From Candidatus Eiseniibacteriota bacterium (GTDB lineage Bacteria > Eisenbacteria > RBG-16-71-46 > JABDJR01): a stretch of 64,000 nt of DNA. Each line of letters opens with the position of its first letter. Within the stretch, counting starts at the first letter, position 1. A model generated the notes under the pieces. That model had not been told where the DNA came from. It worked only from the letters and a program-made list of their open reading frames with translations, and did not search any database. The position numbers and the translations under genes are program-made. Positions 61,857 through 64,000 of the stretch are shown piece by piece. The DNA lies in NCBI GenBank assembly GCA_963762255.1, contig CAVXKA010000002.1:960001-1024000 (forward strand). The letters are read 5' to 3'.

Positions 61857-62753
61857 ATGCGCGCCATAGTTGCTGCGATGTTTGCGATCGCCCTGATCTT
61901 CGGCGCCGGACCCGTTTCGGCCAAGGTCCGGGTCGTCGCGTCCACCACCGATCTCGGTTCCATCGCCTCCGCGGTCGGCGGCGACCAGGTCGAAGTCGTC
62001 GCCATCTGCCGGCCCAACGCCGATCCGCATCACGTCGAGGTTCTCCCCTCCTACATGGTCCGCGTCTCGCGGGCCAAGCTCTACCTCAAGGTCGGCATGT
62101 TCCTCGACCAATGGGCGGATCAGATCATCGACGGCTCGCACAACGGGGACGTGACGATCGTGGATTGCTCGAAGGGGATCCGCGCTCTTGAGGTGCCGAC
62201 GACCCGTCCCAACGCCTCGATGGGAGATGTCCATCCCAACGGCAACCCCCACTACTGGCTCGATCCGCGCAACGGCGGCATCGTCGCCCGCACCATCGCC
62301 GAGGCCCTGGCCAAGACCGACCCGGGCCATGCCGACGAATACCGGGCGCGCGCAGAAACGTTCGCCGGGGACTGCGAGGCGGCGGCGCAGCGGGGGCAAG
62401 GCGCGGTGGCCGCCATGCCGGTGAGGGAGGTCCTCACCTACCACCAGTCCTGGACCTATCTGGCCGACGCGTTCGGTTTCACGGTGGCGGGAACGGTGGA
62501 GCCGGTGCCGGGGATTCCCCCCACCGCCAAGCACCTCCAGGAGCTGGTGGCGTTGATCCGCGAGCACAAGGTCCCGGTTCTGCTGTACGAGCCCTACTTC
62601 GGTGATGACGCGGGGCAGTTCCTCGAACGGCAGACCGGCATACGGGTGGAGCAGGTTTCCCCGAGCTGCGACGATGTCGCCCCGACGAGCTACCTGGCCC
62701 ACTTCGATCGCATCGTGAACATGTTTGGCGGTCTCGGATCACCGACGAACTGA
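61857..62753 (+). CDS. Metal ABC transporter substrate-binding protein (ZnuA/TroA family)
   Basis: AGGAG RBS; DPHH, DVHPNGNPHYWLDP, YHQSWTY, E.VPGIPPT..H. Confidence 0.92.
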   Translation: MRAIVAAMFAIALIFGAGPVSAKVRVVASTTDLGSIASAVGGDQVEVVAICRPNADPHHVEVLPSYMVRVSRAKLYLKVGMFLDQWADQIIDGSHNGDVTIVDCSKGIRALEVPTTRPNASMGDVHPNGNPHYWLDPRNGGIVARTIAEALAKTDPGHADEYRARAETFAGDCEAAAQRGQGAVAAMPVREVLTYHQSWTYLADAFGFTVAGTVEPVPGIPPTAKHLQELVALIREHKVPVLLYEPYFGDDAGQFLERQTGIRVEQVSPSCDDVAPTSYLAHFDRIVNMFGGLGSPTN

Positions 62754-62799
62754 GACGGGCGACACGAGCGGGGTCCCACCCGCCCGGAAAGGAACGGTC

Positions 62800-63627
62800 A
62801 TGGAAGCGTTGGCGCTCCCCTTCTTCCGCGTCGCGGTGATCGCGACCCTGGTGCTGGCGGGAATCCACGCCTACCTGGGCTATCACGTGGTGCGGCGGGG
62901 GGTCATCTTTGTGGATTTGGCGCTCGCGCAAATGGCGGCGCTCGGCGTGGCCTTGGCGGTGCTCATCGGGGTACACGAGAGCGCCGTCTGGTCCTACCTT
63001 CTCCCGCTGGGGATGACGATTGTGGGCGCGGCCTGCTTCGCCTGGCTGCGTAGCCAGGAGCGGAAGGTACCTCTGGAAGCGTTCATCGGGATCGTCTTCG
63101 CCACCGCGCAGGCGCTTGTGTTCCTGGCGCTGGAGAAGAGCCCCTCCGGGCCGGAGCACGTGAAGGAGACCCTGGTGGGAGCGATCTACACGGTCGCTCC
63201 CAACCATATCCTCAAGACCGCGATCCTCTACGCCGCGGTCGGGGTCGTGCACTTCCTGCTCCGCCGTCCCTTCTTCGAGATCACCAACAATCCCGAGGGA
63301 GCCCGCCGGCGGGGCCGGAATCTCTTCCTCTGGGATTTCCTGTTCTACGCGTTATTCGGCCTAGTGGTCACGTCGTCGGTGAAGATCGCGGGCGTGCTTC
63401 TTGTGTTCGGGCTCCTGGTCATACCCTCGGTGGCCGGCGTACTTGCGACCCGCACTCCGGGGAGGGCTCTCGCGGTCGGCTGGATCTTCGCGTTCCTCGC
63501 CAGCTTCGCGGGCTTGGTCGGCGCCGTGCACTTCGATCTTCCCGCCGCGCCGAGCATTCTGGTCTCGTTGAGTGCGTGCCTCGTTGTGGTGGGCGTGGGA
63601 AGCGGCGCGCTTCGCCGGGAGGAGTAG
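62800..63627 (+). CDS. Metal ABC transporter permease (ZnuB/ABC-3 family)
   Basis: HAYLGYHVVRRGVIFVDLALAQ, EAFIG, SVKIAGVLLVFGLLVIP. Confidence 0.9.
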   Translation: MEALALPFFRVAVIATLVLAGIHAYLGYHVVRRGVIFVDLALAQMAALGVALAVLIGVHESAVWSYLLPLGMTIVGAACFAWLRSQERKVPLEAFIGIVFATAQALVFLALEKSPSGPEHVKETLVGAIYTVAPNHILKTAILYAAVGVVHFLLRRPFFEITNNPEGARRRGRNLFLWDFLFYALFGLVVTSSVKIAGVLLVFGLLVIPSVAGVLATRTPGRALAVGWIFAFLASFAGLVGAVHFDLPAAPSILVSLSACLVVVGVGSGALRREE

Positions 63628-63653
63628 CAGCATCGCGTCGCCGAACACCCGAG

Positions 63654-63720
63654 AAAAGACCGGGGCCCCCCGATGAACGGGAGGCCCCGAATTCTTCCCG
63701 CCTCCCGAAGAGGAGGCGGG
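63654..63720. terminator. Double hairpin between convergent genes
   Basis: cggggcc...ggccccg (63661-63689) with a CTTTT tail on the minus strand, and cccgcctcc/ggaggcggg (63697-63720). Confidence 0.55.
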
Positions 63721-63738
63721 GGGTGATTCAAGCTTCGG

Positions 63739-63999
63739 CTAGTTCCCGTCCACCGTCGGGCCGAAGTGGGTCTTCACCCTGCCCCAGGTGGTGGGCTCGA
63801 CCGGAACGGAGCTCCAGTCGCACGCCTCCGCCGACACGTTGATCACGGCGGGCTCGGTCCCGCACTGGAGGTTCAGGGCCGGATTGCAGGAGCTCCCCGT
63901 GACTACTGAGGGGTCCGCAGAGATGCAGATCCAGCCGTCAAAGAAGCCCGGTGGAATGGGGTTGGGCGCGGGCAGCCCGGGCGCGAAGTTGCCGTCGTC
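63739..63999 (-). CDS. 3' end of a protein with TWGxxK tail (start lies outside the window; absent from the ORF track)
   Basis: Manual translation: DDGNFAPGLPAPNPIPPGFFDGWICISADPSVVTGSSCNPALNLQCGTEPAVINVSAEACDWSSVPVEPTTWGRVKTHFGPTVDGN-stop. Confidence 0.8.
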   Translation of the reverse strand, partial: DDGNFAPGLPAPNPIPPGFFDGWICISADPSVVTGSSCNPALNLQCGTEPAVINVSAEACDWSSVPVEPTTWGRVKTHFGPTVDGN

Positions 64000-64000
64000 G

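Overview
GC-rich bacterial chromosomal segment with about 49 tightly packed CDSs. I found no rRNA, tRNA, CRISPR array or mobile element. Many secreted proteins end either in an FlgD-Ig/T9SS-like C-terminal domain or in a short 'TWGxxK' tail, which suggests an FCB-superphylum candidate lineage such as Eisenbacteria, Krumholzibacteria or Latescibacteria (inference only). Housekeeping and metabolic genes include korAB, PPi-pfk, pgi, murB, a stand-alone fusA, thiD, iscA, ygfZ and infA. The most striking region is 47.9-63.6 kb. A group 3b [NiFe]-hydrogenase operon with maturation protease and a two-component pair is transcribed divergently from hypA-hypB and an unusual 2-oxoacid oxidoreductase, whose gamma subunit is fused to a GltD/NfnL/DsrL-like NADP(H) flavin module and a ferredoxin domain. 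This is followed by a CxxC/RAPP leader peptide and a metal-uptake operon with no ATPase gene. Other highlights are an infA that apparently starts at ATC and has a basic N-terminal extension, a YgfZ-TPR fusion, and three TWGxxK-tailed exported proteins. Four +1 frameshifts (M14 peptidase twice, desaturase, pgi) are probably sequencing errors. All product calls rest on motifs recognised by eye, not on database searches.
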